DNA from: Octopus bimaculoides
Lineage: Eukaryota
DNA: 64,000 nucleotides
NCBI RefSeq assembly: GCF_001194135.2
Contig: NC_068984.1
Coordinates: 133,489,498 to 133,553,497 of the forward strand
Reading direction: 5' to 3'
The notes beneath the pieces are model-generated. The model was not told where the DNA came from, searched no databases, and worked only from the letters and a program-made list of their open reading frames with translations. A program made the position numbers and the translations under genes. The stretch's first letter is position 1, and each line of letters begins with the position of its first letter. Of the stretch, positions 25,651 to 43,544 are shown in pieces.

Positions 25651-28101
25651 ATGCCTTGTAAAGGAATTTGACGGACCCAAACTGCAAAATGATCTGTGTG
25701 TGTCTACTCATGCACATGTATTTGTCATTCACTACTTGACAACCAGTGTTTGTTTATTTATGTCACCATAACTTTGCAGCACCCACAAAAGCCACTGCCA
25801 TATTATCCTCAAACCAGAGACTTAGACTGAATACTTGCAACTGGATGGACTCAACTCTCGCTACCCAAGGACCATGTGGTTGTTCTAAGCCAAATGTCAG
25901 ATCAGGTCCACCCAATTTCACTCACTCAGCATGGATCAACTGAAGGTTATGGTAAAAGATATTTGTTTGAATGTTGCACAGTGAGAGAAAACCCTGAGCA
26001 ACATGATTGCAATGCCAGTCATGTCAAAATCAAATATTTTTTAAAGTTAAATAGGAATGTGCTCTTAAACCTTTATCACTCTTGAGAATCGCTTGCGAGT
26101 GATAAGTTTTACATTTTACCAGTGAGACGGTACAGAAGAATAAAGTTTACTGATACAGCTTTGCAATCATTCTTTAAAAATAAAATATTTATCAAATAGA
26201 GAATAAGAAGTAGTCCCTCTCAGATGGGGAGATAGATGTAGTTTATCATCAACACGAACATATGTAGTTTGGTGTGTAGGAAAAACCTGTTCATGGAGTG
26301 ATTTCATAGTTTCAAGTTCTCTAAGTGAAAGGTTGAGCAAAGAGGATAGCTGGTAGAAGTGGATGGGGGTCAGTGTGTTGGTGCATATAGTCAGTTCATT
26401 GCAGAAGCAACTTTAGCAGTGATAGAAGAGGCTGAGAGGAAAACCCACTCATCTAAAGTGTGAGTGAGTTAACCTTTGCTAATCAACTGAGTGGTAATTT
26501 GGATTTGGCCTAGAACAATCATGGACAACATGTGGCCCATGGGATTTACCGAATGACACAGTGGCATGCCAGATGATGAACCATGTCACATGCAACCCAC
26601 TTCTTAAAAAAGGTTGCACAGGTCTGGTCTAGAATATTAACTAAGTGCAGCAGCAACACTGATCCCTAGGTGTAAGTAAGCAGCATACCAACGATTATAC
26701 TTGTAAAATGATAGTTGAATTAAAACTAAAGCATTTTCTGGTTGCTATACAGCTTGACACCACCGGATCATATAAGGCCCAGTATTTGAACTGATATTGA
26801 GGGTTGTGTTATTAGTCAGAACTAAAAAAGGACACTTCCAAGATTTCTGCTTATGAATCCAATAAATAATAAGAATGAGCTGTTTAGGTTGGTGTGGAAT
26901 GATGCCACAATACAACAGGTGTATAAAATTGCATGTCATTAGAAGTGACAGCAAAATAGGTTATTAATGTGCAGTGAAGTTTAGAATACCAACCAGATAG
27001 TGAAAGATGTACAAAGTGTATTAGTAGAGAAGTCCATCTCAAATATTTAAACTACACTTGAGCAAAACATCTTTTTAACCCCAAAATAATATTAACTATT
27101 TTCAGTATTTGGTCTTCTAAATTTTGTGGATGGCTCTTATCAACAGTATCAACAAATTCAGTCGATTATAAATTTTCCACATCAACCTCCATCCTTCCGA
27201 ATTGATTGCATGCATCCACAGGATAAATGTACCGTTCTTAGACACACGAAAAAAAGAATTAAAATGATTAATGAGCTAGAACCAACTACTTATTACATTA
27301 TTAGAGAAATGGAAAATCAAAACAATCTGGTCTGATGACTAATCTTTTTCAGATTGGCACAGACATAACTGAATGGTTAGGAAGTGAACATCCCTACCGA
27401 TGGTTTTTGTGTCAAGATCCAATGCATGGCACCTTGGGAAAGTGCCTTCTACAGTCCTGCACTGACCAAACTTATGAGTGTATTTGGTAGCCAGCAACTG
27501 AAAGAAGCCCATTGTCTAAGTATGTGTGTGTCACCTTATATTAATATCAGGTGATAGTTGCAAACAAGCTGTGTCCATTTCTAATCTTTTGTGAAATATG
27601 TCCAGCCATGAGAATATATTACCTTGTTTGGAGACAGGTGACAGCAAGGGTTCACTGAATTTTGCCCAAAAGTGGATGTTAAATGATGTAATTGAAGGAA
27701 GATTCTAAATTTAGGATTTTAGGAAAAAAATTGCTGGGTGGTACATGGTAAAAGAATCTTATCTTAGCACTATCTCTTCTCTCTTTTCCAACTGGGGTAG
27801 TCATGTACATCCTCTATAGCAAGATAGTTCTGTCGCTCTATCATACTCTATCATGTGGTGCAAAGCCACCTCCGTCAATACCTCAGTTGAAGGGTCTTGC
27901 CATACGAGTTACATAAAAAGCACCCAGTTCACTCTGTAAAGTGGCTGGCCTTCGAAAGGACATCCAAAGTTTTGCATGGTCCATTGACTTGTCAGCTCTT
28001 GTCAAATTGTCCAACTCATGCCAGCATGGAAAATGACCATTAAACGGTGATGGTGACAAGCAAAATTAAAGGAAATAATGTTAAAATGAAGATCAACCAA
28101 C

Positions 28102-28205
28102 CTGCTATGTCGCCACTCATAACGGATGGTCTTTAGTTGAACATTTCTCATGTTTTCAACAGAAAAAATAAAAATTCTTGCATATTTATCCACAGAATCC
28201 TGAAT
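28102..28205 (-). CDS. MRTO4: MRTO4 exon 3 ([34 protein letters not shown])
   Basis: Acceptor ttttggttccag, donor GTTGGT; 104 nt, ends phase 2; overlaps ORF 28002-28193. Confidence 0.92.
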
Positions 28206-30464
28206 CTGGAACCAAAAGAAATAAAATATGATTTTCTAATTTTACAAGAAAAGTTTTCTTAAATCATACAATCTGACAATTACTGTAGATCTTAACCTAC
28301 TATCTCCTCTCTTGCAGATCTCCACACACCACAAACCATTCACACTCAATACCTCACCCCTGCTCATCTTCCTACACATGCACACAACATCACAGAACCA
28401 CATCCTACCCATGAACTCTTTCCTTCGTTCTTTTTTTTTTCTGATGAAGGATGAGCATCTGAAAATGTTAAGGATTTTCAAGCACTATATTAATAACACC
28501 TTAGTTAAAACTTGTCCTTGCATTTTTTTTCTTGTTTTGCTATCTATTTGAACAGACCTTAAATATACTGAGAATTATTTCAAATGCTATTTATGACATA
28601 ATTTGAAAGAATAAAAGAGACTGGACCAAAAGAATTCAAAATTTTGTTACAAAGTAGTTAAATTTAACACTTTAGCATTCAGATTGTCAAATGTAATGCT
28701 CATTTATTCACATTGTTTTGAATTAATCATGCATTATCTCACAGCTTTGAGATTTCAATGATGTGATTGTTTATTTTTAGAATGATGCTGTAAGGCAGGT
28801 GTGAGAGGCTGGATCTGGCCAGTTTAAACGTTAAAGAAGCAATCAACCCTTTTACCCCTCAACTGAAAATAACATAGTCGAATATAGTAAAAAGAAACAG
28901 CATCCCACAAGCATTTAGCTATGGTAACAATAGTTTTGCCGTGTAGCAAAAACGACGTTGACCATGTTTCTTGCTGCCAACATACATTCCAAGAGACATT
29001 AGACTCACTAGTTTGGAGGGGGTCTACAAGAGGATTCTACCGCTTCTTTTAATTTTTTATTAATAAGGTGTATAATTAAGACGGTTTTATAAGTAAATAG
29101 CAATCCCCAAAATGTTAATAAAGGTCCAAAGTATATTTTGAAATTTGGTTCAGTGGTAATATCTGGAACAGAGCACCTTCCAGCAATAGAAAGAAGGCTC
29201 TAAATTGAGGATTTTCGAGAAAACCATCAATATTGCTGGGTTGTATATGTTACACAAGAAAGGTGAGCAAAACCAAATTAAACTGAAATGGTGTGAAAAT
29301 AAAGATAAACCAACAGGCCATGTTAATTTTGTTATATTCAAAAGTAATTTTCATTTCATTTTAAAAGTCGAGACCCCTGAAAAGAATGGCGATTCCAGCA
29401 TTATCTAATGTAATATGTTTTCATTATTTGGGCTAGAACTCAAATAAAGATATTTCCCTCTAATTTCAATCCACGTGAGTACCATAAATATTTCAAAACC
29501 ATCGAAATACACGCAATCAATTATAAGAAAATATTTTATTAAAACAAATGCTTTTACAAACACACACTCTAGTGAAATAAAATCAAAATCTTAGAGGAAG
29601 ATCGTTTGAAAACGATAATTTGGCTCCAGAGTTACAGGAATGTAATCAATAGGGAAGAAAAGGCAAAACGTAAACATAAAGCTAAAGTGATGATAGACAA
29701 CTGGAACCAAGCAACAGATTCTGCGCGACGTCCGCCAAAACGTAATCATGCTGCCTCAACAGATACACGTGGTATTTATTGAAGGCGTGTTCGGTTTTTT
29801 TTTTATCGAAGAATTTCAAATTTCAAAAGTAGTGCTATTTTGATTAGCTTAAATATTATTGCATTATTTTAGGTTTTCTTTATGAAAATATTATTACATA
29901 ATAAACACATGAAATATCCTGACATCAATATCTCTGCACTTAGTTTTAAAAGTTATTGACTAACGATGTAGATTATAATAGTAAGGAGCTTTTTTTTTTT
30001 CTAATTCAGTAGAAGTAAAATTAAGAATGCGTTACATTCTAATTCAATTTTATCGGATTGAAGAAGCTTTGAATTAAAATACCATCTTAATTCTTTCGCT
30101 TATTCAATCGTCATTTTAAATTTGGAACTCAATACAAAAGAAACGACTTCCACGATTTATTTTGCTCTCCAAATATACTTCTGGTTCATAATCCAAATTA
30201 ATAAAAGTAAATATTTAAGTCATAATTACATTTTCTAGAATTATTCGTGAATTTAAAAGAAAACAGAGCGATACATACATTTTGTATAAGTTGTTGTTTT
30301 CCTTCTAAACCTTTCTTGACGGTCCGGGTCAAAGAAACTGTCAAATCGAAGAAAAATAAAAGTAGTTTTAAGAATCAGAGTTTTTATCATGATGGGTAAT
30401 TGATTAAAAACAAGTTATTTAGAATTAAAATCTTACTTTTCTTGTCACGTTTTGACTTCGGCAT
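28102..30464 (-). CDS. MRTO4: mRNA turnover protein 4 homolog (Mrt4), coding exons 1-3 only
   Basis: Exons 30464-30437, 30337-30279 and 28205-28102 splice in frame at GT-AG to [64 protein letters not shown]. This matches the recalled Mrt4 N-terminus ([15 protein letters not shown]...FIFSVANMRN). Exons 4 onward were not found. Confidence 0.93.
30279..30337 (-). CDS. MRTO4: MRTO4 exon 2 ([20 protein letters not shown])
   Basis: Acceptor ttcttcgatttgacag, donor GTATGT; 59 nt, phase 1 to 0. Confidence 0.92.
30437..30464 (-). CDS. MRTO4: MRTO4 exon 1 (MPKSKRDKK)
   Basis: ATGCCGAAGTCAAAACGTGACAAGAAAA followed by donor GTAAGA; phase 1. Confidence 0.92.
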
Positions 30465-30800
30465 TTTTGACGTGTTACTTCTGAATCGCACATGGACTAA
30501 CGGAACCGGAAGTTAGACTAATTTGAAAGGGATGATGGAATGTACAAGTTTTTTTAGAAAACATTACTATATTCTAAGAAAATTATATATTCCGGTATTT
30601 ATCTAATAAATAATTTAATTGAATAGATAACTGTTGTTTAATGTTTTTATTTAGAATTTATCCTTTTATGTCACTGCCGTCGACCATGGTAACCTTGACG
30701 TCAGATCAGCCTACCCTGTCTTACAAATGGGAACCCCCTCTGAGGAGAAAGAATCTATGAGATATAAAGACCGCTTCTCTGTAGTCATCCGCAATATAGT
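30465..30800. promoter_or_regulatory. Probable bidirectional promoter between MRTO4 and 14-3-3
   Basis: ETS motif ACCGGAAGT 30505-30513, palindromic CRE TGACGTCA 30696-30703, TATAAA 30763-30768 and Inr-like TAGTT near 30797-30801. Lies between two divergent first exons. Confidence 0.65.
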
Positions 30801-30844
30801 TCCAGTCTTTCTACTTTAACTTCCACGAATATAATTTTGAAATT
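30795..30844 (+). other. Probable non-coding first exon of 14-3-3 (start approximate)
   Basis: Donor GTAAGT at 30845 downstream of a TATA-like box; the matching acceptor cttacatttcttag (31071) lies 4 nt before the ATG. Confidence 0.55.
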
Positions 30845-31075
30845 GTAAGTAAATTTTTCATCATTGAAATAATTAAGATTTTCTACATTTATTGGCTGTT
30901 AACTATAATGAATTAATCGACATTATAAAATTTAGACGGCGTAATAATAAATGATGTCACAGGTCTTAGTGATTGGTTCTGTGTATCCGCCATCTTTGTA
31001 AAAGGTGGAAGTTTAACCTTGAAATTCGTTTGTTACATCTTTGAATTTCCATTTGCTCTTACATTTCTTAGGAAA

Positions 31076-35518
<4,443 letters not shown>

Positions 35519-38500
35519 GATGTGTCTGGCTGCAGCCTTCAGAACCTCATTTGGTCATGTACTAACAACCATCATCACATACTGTTATTACCTATACCAA
35601 GCTCAAGATGTCTTACTTTCTAGTTCTGTGAAAGCCATCTGATGGTGATATTGCTGACGATCTTTGCTGAGGCTTCAATTTGATGCCTTCTCTTGCATCA
35701 ACAAATAAATTTTATTAGGAACTATTAAATTATTTAGGAATTTATTCTTAGCCCACCCATTCTTTCAGATACTTTAGTTAGAATATCAGTGTACTGTTGC
35801 CAAATATTAAAATATAAACAGGTATCTTTTTCTTTATACTATGTAGATGTGCCTGTTGGTGTTATATATGCACTTTCTTAATGTTGCATAGTGTTTCTTC
35901 ATGTGCATATATAAATTAATACACTCCTATCAAGGATTAATTAAGTTGAGCTATTTGCTAGCTTTAATGGGAAAATCTACATTCTTATATTTCAAGTTTA
36001 ATAAGGTTCTGCTTGGTGAACTCTTCCTTTCCCCTACAGATGGTTATTGATTCCAATCAATCACTCCAGTTAAGCTACTGTTGCACTACGGGATCCAGTA
36101 GCCTCAGCAGTGCCTCACTGTATGTGCTGCTCTCTGCACACTACTGTCTTTAGCCAGCTGTAGTGTTTAAGTAGTTGTAGTATATTCTTGTACTGCAACG
36201 GTCTGCTGCATCCAGGCCAATCAGAGACTGCTATTCTAGCTAGAATTTAGCTCTATCATTGAACATATCCAAGTGTTGTGTTTTGTGTTAAAGCATGTGC
36301 AAAAGTTCTGTGGCCCAAGTACTTAAAATATATATATATATTAACAATGACCAATATTGGGGTGTGACTAGCATTGAGCCTTGTGGCCTGCTATTTCCTC
36401 AGAGGTTACTATTTTGGCATGATATGCTCTTTAAACTACATACCAAATAAATGTTCCTTTCTCCATGTGCTGTTGTCCAATACTTTATTGGTGTGAGAAT
36501 AAAAAAAAAAAATCTTCATGCTTTTTACTCCCCATGCGTTTTCATCCAAATTGGTTGCTGAAGAGTTGCTAGCGAAGTTTGTCAAGATTTTGTGATAGCT
36601 GGAAAAAGAAATTCAAAATAAATTGTTGGGTAAGGTTCACATTTTTATAAAAGATTTCACTGAGTTAGATCAAACTCTGATGTACCTAAATAAATTCAGC
36701 CTGCTTTCTGCCAATAACTTGTTCATTGAAAGTTCCTTTCTTGGTCTTAAGACTAAAAATAACAATTTAATATATTTCTTGGCACTAATTATTTTGAGTT
36801 GGCTACATAAAATCAATTCTGTGTTCTTACAATTAAAACACATTTAAGGCTGTTTTTGTTAAGCAGTACTTGTGGATTTGACTTTTATTCTATGCTGATT
36901 CTTGCTACAAATTGTTCTCACCTCTTCCCTTTTCCCACTTGGCTATCAGTTAATCACAATTCCTTTTTCACATGAATGTTTGCTGGGAATATAAATTAAG
37001 TCATTCGTAGCGACTGCTACATTACCAAAACTTGATGTCGGGTTTTTCCCCCTTTTCCCTTCATGATAGTGAATTTTTTATTGTACTTGAAGCATTCGCT
37101 GGCAAGACTGTTACCGTGGAAATAATGCATTTTGTATGTTGCCATGAATTCTGAAGATTAAATTCCAACTGCAAGTTTTAGCAGTACTTAACTGAAGTGT
37201 TTATTTAATTACTGTCTGCAGAAGAAAAAAAATTGAATTAGCCCTCAGTTTATTTAATGTCCAGTACCATCTTTCCATTGGAGTACGTATATATTGTATA
37301 CCATATGGATGACCTTTTTAGTCATTTGGAAGTACAGTTTTGTTTTAATTTTGTTTTTTGCAGAGCACACATTACAAGTTAATAGCATCCATACATGCAC
37401 ACATTCAATATTCTCTATACTCTGCTAGTGTTCAGAAAATAAAATTGCTTTTGATCAGTTAGCACAAAGAATTTTTTTGTACTATTCAGTTCAATATTTG
37501 TATTTTTCTCTTAACAGCTTTAAGAAAAGTGAAGACATCTGATAACTCAGATTGTTTTTGAAGTCTGTATGGTTGACTTATTCATTTTTCAAATAAACTT
37601 TGCTCATAAGATAACCTGGCATTTTAACCAGCGATCCTCCTTCATTAGATTCTTTTTTTTTTTTTTTTTTTTTTCGACCCCTAGAGTATTTCACAGCTAT
37701 TGGAGACTACAATAGGTGTCTCTTGCTAGTTTGAGGTGAGAACTTGTGCAGATTTTGGAAATATTCTTTATTGCACCAATAAGAATATGATGAAAAGAAA
37801 ACTAAAGCATTTTTTCTATGCTGCTCGTGTTCATATTTTTTAAAATATATACAGTTAATGTTGGGAAGAGGTATTATACAGATCCTATCTTTAACTTTTT
37901 AAAACAGACTATTCTTAAATTTAAGATTCTTGTGAAATCTTTATAGTTGTTGCTCACAAACTCAATTTGCATGTTGCATTTGAAAAATGAATAAAATCAA
38001 TACAAATAGTGCTCAAACCAATGTAGCACTTTTCTCTAAGTTTTCTTAGTGTTCAGTTAGATTGAAGATTTTGCTTTGAAAATCTTTTTTACTCAGCCGT
38101 ATAACATTCAAAACTTCTTAGATTTGTCTCTAGATGTAGGCACTGGTTTTGAAAGCAATGAATTTCACACTATTTTTATTTTTCTCTTCTCCAATTTGAT
38201 TGTTTCTAAACATTAGATTAGTTTTGAACATTATTAATAATCAACTCATGATAATAGTTAACGAAGTTCTGAATTCTTGAAATATTTTAGTACTCTCCTC
38301 GATCCCAGTCATTTAGTGTAATATTTTTCTACTTGTCAGTTTATTCTGCTTAAAATTTAGAGTTCAATTATGTTGGATATATTTATAAATTTTTAACTGA
38401 ATATTTACCAATCAAAATTAGTTTCAAATATTACTTTTCTGACATCTGGTTCTTATTTTCATGGGTAAATGTTTATTTTTTTAGCTTCTGCTTTTGAGTT

Positions 38501-41500
38501 GCTTCTTGCAAGTTACTGTAGAATTAGTACCCAAATCTCTTCTCTCCCAACCATTATTTATATTTGCATGATATTCTCATTTAATGAAACCATTTAAAGC
38601 TTTTGATCTCAAGTGAAAATCAGTTTTAATAAAATAAAATGTTTTACCGAAAGACTTTTACTTCTTAATTCTATATTGATGAAAATATTTTTATTTTTAA
38701 TTTTTATATATTCAATAGTCTTCAGTGGTTATTCAGGCAAAGCTTTTATAGGTTTTGCTATTTGATCATTTAAAAACTATTTTCCATTGGCTATTTGTCT
38801 ATTATTGATGGAAAAAAAAAAAAACATTTTTCTTCTGTGAATTCAGTTTCTTGAAACCAAATGTAAACATGTATTTAAAGCAGATCAATTTAGTTTCATA
38901 TGAAGTAAGATTTGCCTTAAAAATGACAACTTTAGCTTTGTTTACTATTTTTGTCCTTATGGTTCTGGTATTTGAACTGGCATGAGGGTTCTATTTTGTA
39001 AAAATGAACTTTGGATACCAAACTTTATTATCCAACAGCAGGACTTCAACGTTAAAATTAACTGGAATTTTAGTTTAGCTGAATTAAAATCAAATGTATT
39101 ATACCTACATTCAATAAAAAACATCACTAGTGATTTAAAAGATTTTTATAGCTTATCCTATCAAAAAGGGTTTGAATGTAGCAGCATTTAGTAACTAAGG
39201 AAGATTAAGTAAAATCACCAATGTATCAATTTAATATAGTACCCTACTTGTCTTTGACTTAACAATATTTGACTGTATTTCTGGTATTGTTTTCAGGTAA
39301 AATAGTTTTGTTTGAGAGTTACTGGATATAATTAAATTGGGAGAGAAACTTTTAACACTATGTGGATTTTCTGTCAGCATTATTTCAAGTGTGTGTATTT
39401 ACTTGGTTGGTTTAACATCCAGAACAACCTGGCTGAAACAATTTCTGACTACCATGATAGTTAGATCCATTTAAAATGAAAACAAATGCTTAAAATTGTA
39501 AGCTAAGTTATTTAGTTCCATTTTCTTGAACATTAATGGACAATTTAGAGTTTGGACATATCTGCAAGTACTGTTAATTTGTCTATCAATTAGTTTTTTT
39601 TCCCCCCTACCATGCTTTGGAATCTATCTAGTTTGCTTGTATTCACCTTCACAAACAACTATTTGATCTTGATATATTACTCTTCAGGTGCTGTCAATCT
39701 TTTCACATGCTACACAAAAGTGAGGTGCTATCTGTTTTGGATAACTGAACCTGTTAGTGTTATGCATACAAATTCTGTATGTTGTGGATGAGATGATCAT
39801 TAATTGTACTTCAATACTACGGAGATAATCATTTGAGAAGCATTCAGATCTAAATTAGAAATTCTTTTAGTATTCTGTCTTTTCATTTAAGCATAACACT
39901 AAGAATTAAAATCATTGCAATTTTATATTTTAAACACACATTTTAATAAACCCAACGATTTTTTTTTGTTGAAAAAGGAAAGAAAAAACTGACTTATGAC
40001 ATCTAATATGGCAATTGAATCCAGTTTGTGTTGGTGTTTAGTGGTACACCAAAATATTCTCATGCTTTCAGAATATTGGTAACTTAAGTCTTGCAACACA
40101 GCCTGTCTTCATGTTTTTTCTTTTACTTACTGCCTTCACCTGATTGTAATCCAAGTGAATCTCTTTTCATTCTGTTTGTATCTTTGAATCCAATTTCTTA
40201 GCTGCACATCCATTCCACTGGTCATTGAGAATAAGTATGCTGCAACTTTTTTATATACTCTTTTGAAAAACGAACTTTCTACTAACCCCTTTCATTTAAG
40301 ATCCACTTTTTATTTCTTCTACATTTAAATTCACTGAAACTCATTCTGTTGTGGATTACACACTATGCAATACTGATAAACTTTGACAAATATTTTTCTC
40401 ATCAGAAAAAGCCTGTGATTCTCAATTCCAGATAACTTGGAATTTTTATTTTTACACATGGTAAATTCATTTGTATTACAGAAACTGGAATTTCATTCCT
40501 TGTTCGATAGACTGTGCATTAGTATATCTTTGGTTTTTATAATCTAACCTGCCAGGTAACTTTTAGTGGGGTTTTGCTGTCTTATTTGTGGAATGTGATA
40601 AGGTCTTGTTGCTTGGCCTCAAATTTATTCTTGTCTTAATTACATTGTCACTTTAAATATTATACATATATTTAGTGTCAGAATTATTGCCTTGAATGTT
40701 ACTTGCCTAGTTCTCTTTGCTATTATCACATCAACTTTCTGTTGCACCCACATAACTTACTTGGTTTGAGATTAACTGCAAGGAAGAATTGGATACTGCA
40801 TTTTACTGCACACAGGAATGATGTCAAACATTCTTGACCTTTTTGTTTTAGATTTTCTATTTTTCAACAACTGGTGAGAACAGAGATAGGCCACTGTCTG
40901 CTACCTAAGTTCTTAGGATGATCATTAATATAAAATTTCTTTTTAAGCTCTTTTGTCATGGACTGCTTCAATTTAGTGTTTGATGCTGAATTTTGTTTTT
41001 TATGGAATTTAAAATAAAAAAAGTCTGAGATTTACTTGTACCAACCACATTGCTGTTGATGTTGTTTTAGACTTGCATTCCTTGTTAATTTTCTGATCTT
41101 ATGGTTTCGCTTTTTTTTTTTCCTTGTCAGAAAATGAAATCTTTTAAGTAACAAATTTGAAATATAACTTAGCAACTGTTGCAGTGAATTTACTTAATCC
41201 TGTGAACTTTTGATTATTGTTAGTTGCTTCTAATTTGAATTTAGTGACTAGGTTATAGTGCTGCATTCAGTCTTACTTTTCAAATCCAAGGAAACACCAT
41301 TGTGTTAGCTTGTAATTAGACACTAACTTAAGAAAATCAATAGAATATTTCAAATATATAATGGAGTAGAAAAAAAAAAAGTACTGCAAATGACTTTCAC
41401 AATCTAAATAATTCTAATTTTGTAGTAATTGCGTTTTTTTCTTTTGGTGGGTGGGAGTGTTCAGTTCATTCTTAGCTGTAGGTAGGTAGGACATTGATCA

Positions 41501-43359
41501 GTGATTACATAAATCATGGATGCTTTTTGGGTTTGTAATTGAAATGTTAGTTTTGTTATTCTTTTGAATAACACTATTGATCTTGCTCATTAAACAATAT
41601 ATTGGATTTTCAATAAATACTAGATCAAAGCCACTGGTGTTACTGAGATAGTAACAAGTTAGCATTCTTGGTTCTAAAGCAATGTAGCAGATCTGGTGGT
41701 AGATGACAGCAGCTGTGCTCACGATACTTTTAGTCATAAATCATTGGCACTTGAAGCCAAACATGACTCATTATTGCCATGTAACTTCTCATTCATCTGG
41801 ATGGAAATGGCTTGATAATACATGAGTCACTTTTGGTTACTAAATATTACACATTTCTTGTGATGCTAGTGAGGAAGAATTACTGAGGTTGAACTATTTT
41901 AATTGTGAAACCTGCTTTTCTTTGAGTCTGTCATATCTTGTCAAATTAATGTGCCGAAGATGCTGCTGTCTAAAAGATGGCTCTTTTGATTCCTAGGTCT
42001 GCTGAATTGGTGGGTTAAAGAACTAAACATTACTGATTATTGGAGCTATGATCTCTAAGTGAAACTTCTCAATTATTTAGTAGTTAGGGTATTTTTGCAT
42101 CTCCTTTAGTGGTTCTAAGAAACACCGTGACTATTCCTGTCATCAGATGCACTGGCCCATGGATTCACTAAATGTGTAATACAAAAAACAAACCATGCAC
42201 ATATTTCACAAATTCTGGCTTTTGATTCATCAATGCTATGTAGGTGAAATTTGGTAAGCAGGAGCCTGTTATTTGTATGTATAGATGTCTCTTACCCAGA
42301 ATTAAATCTATGGTTGTAATACATGGGTTCATGTAATATTGCAACCGTAACTGCTCATACAGCAACAGTCATGGATTTTACTTAGAAGGAAAAAAACGAT
42401 TTAGCAGCTCTTCTTTCTCAATATGATTATATGCTTTGACCTTTCAGTTTTGAATTATTTGCTCTGGGGGCTGCTTCAAAAAAATTATTTGCCAGACTAC
42501 ACCCACCGGATGAACTAACAACAGCTGTTTGTTAGGAAATTACAGTAGTGTCCCAAAAGGTGCAGTGTGCAACATACAACTTCCTGGTTAGACTACATAA
42601 ATGCATGTTAAATAGAAGCATTTGAATGACTTTTTTTTTTTTTAAACAGTTGTTTATAAATGTCACGCATTGTTCTCTACCATAAGACAATAGTTGTTAA
42701 CATTCTATACATTTAAAAGCTATTGGGTTTCATCTAACCAGATCCTATGTGCATGTATGTTTATATTAATGTACATGTGTAAAGTTTGCGTTTAATATTA
42801 GAAATGAGTTCTTGTTAAAAATGTCATGATTCTCTAGTCACTCATAAAACTGAGCCAAAGTTGGCTTTTGGCTTTAAAAAGTTACTTGAGGGAATCTGCA
42901 TTATAATACTAGAAATAACTTTCAAATATAATGAAAGTATTTTTAGCAAAAGTGAAATATATTCTAAGTAATTAGATATTACGAACTAAAAGAAATGATC
43001 ACTTGACTATAGCAATATCACTTAGGGTAGGATAGACATTATTATCTAATCTGGACAGTTTCTAATCCTAGCATAGCAGCAGGTTGACTTAGTGTGCTCC
43101 TTACTTCAGTGGTGAATGAGATAAGCAGTTGTAATAGAATTTAACTTGAATGAATGAATGTGAAAAGATTAAATAAGTTGGAAGCTGTAGTAATTCTTTT
43201 ACCATCTCTTGGGAAAAAAAATTTAATCAACTTACACAAATGAGTAGTAATATTAGCATTAACATGGTATCCTAAAGATACCATCTTCATGGCAGCATGG
43301 ACTTTTTAAAGTTTTTTATTATTATTTAATGAGGTAAATGGTGAACTATGTGAAGCCAA

Positions 43360-43544
43360 GGGTGCTGAAAAGTTCCTGGCTTTAAGGGGTTTTGTTAAAG
43401 GACTGATTGGCAGCCCAACCTTCCAAGTTCTTTTGCAGATATTAGAAAAAACTGAAAGGACTGCTGCAATATGTTGAATAAAATATTGTAATTAACTGAT
43501 CCTTCTGTATTTTCGTTTAGCAAAAGCCAGGAACTTTTCAGTAC
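43360..43544. mobile_element. Mariner-type MITE
   Basis: TIRs GGTGCTGAAAAGTTCCTGGCTTT / AAAGCCAGGAACTTTTCAGTAC; same ends at 61791-61984. Confidence 0.75.

Noticed and set aside
30727-30819. 30-aa uORF (MGTPSEEKESMRYK...) upstream of 14-3-3
   Set aside because: Its ATG lies upstream of the TATA box at 30763, so it is probably not transcribed; revisit only if the TSS maps further left.
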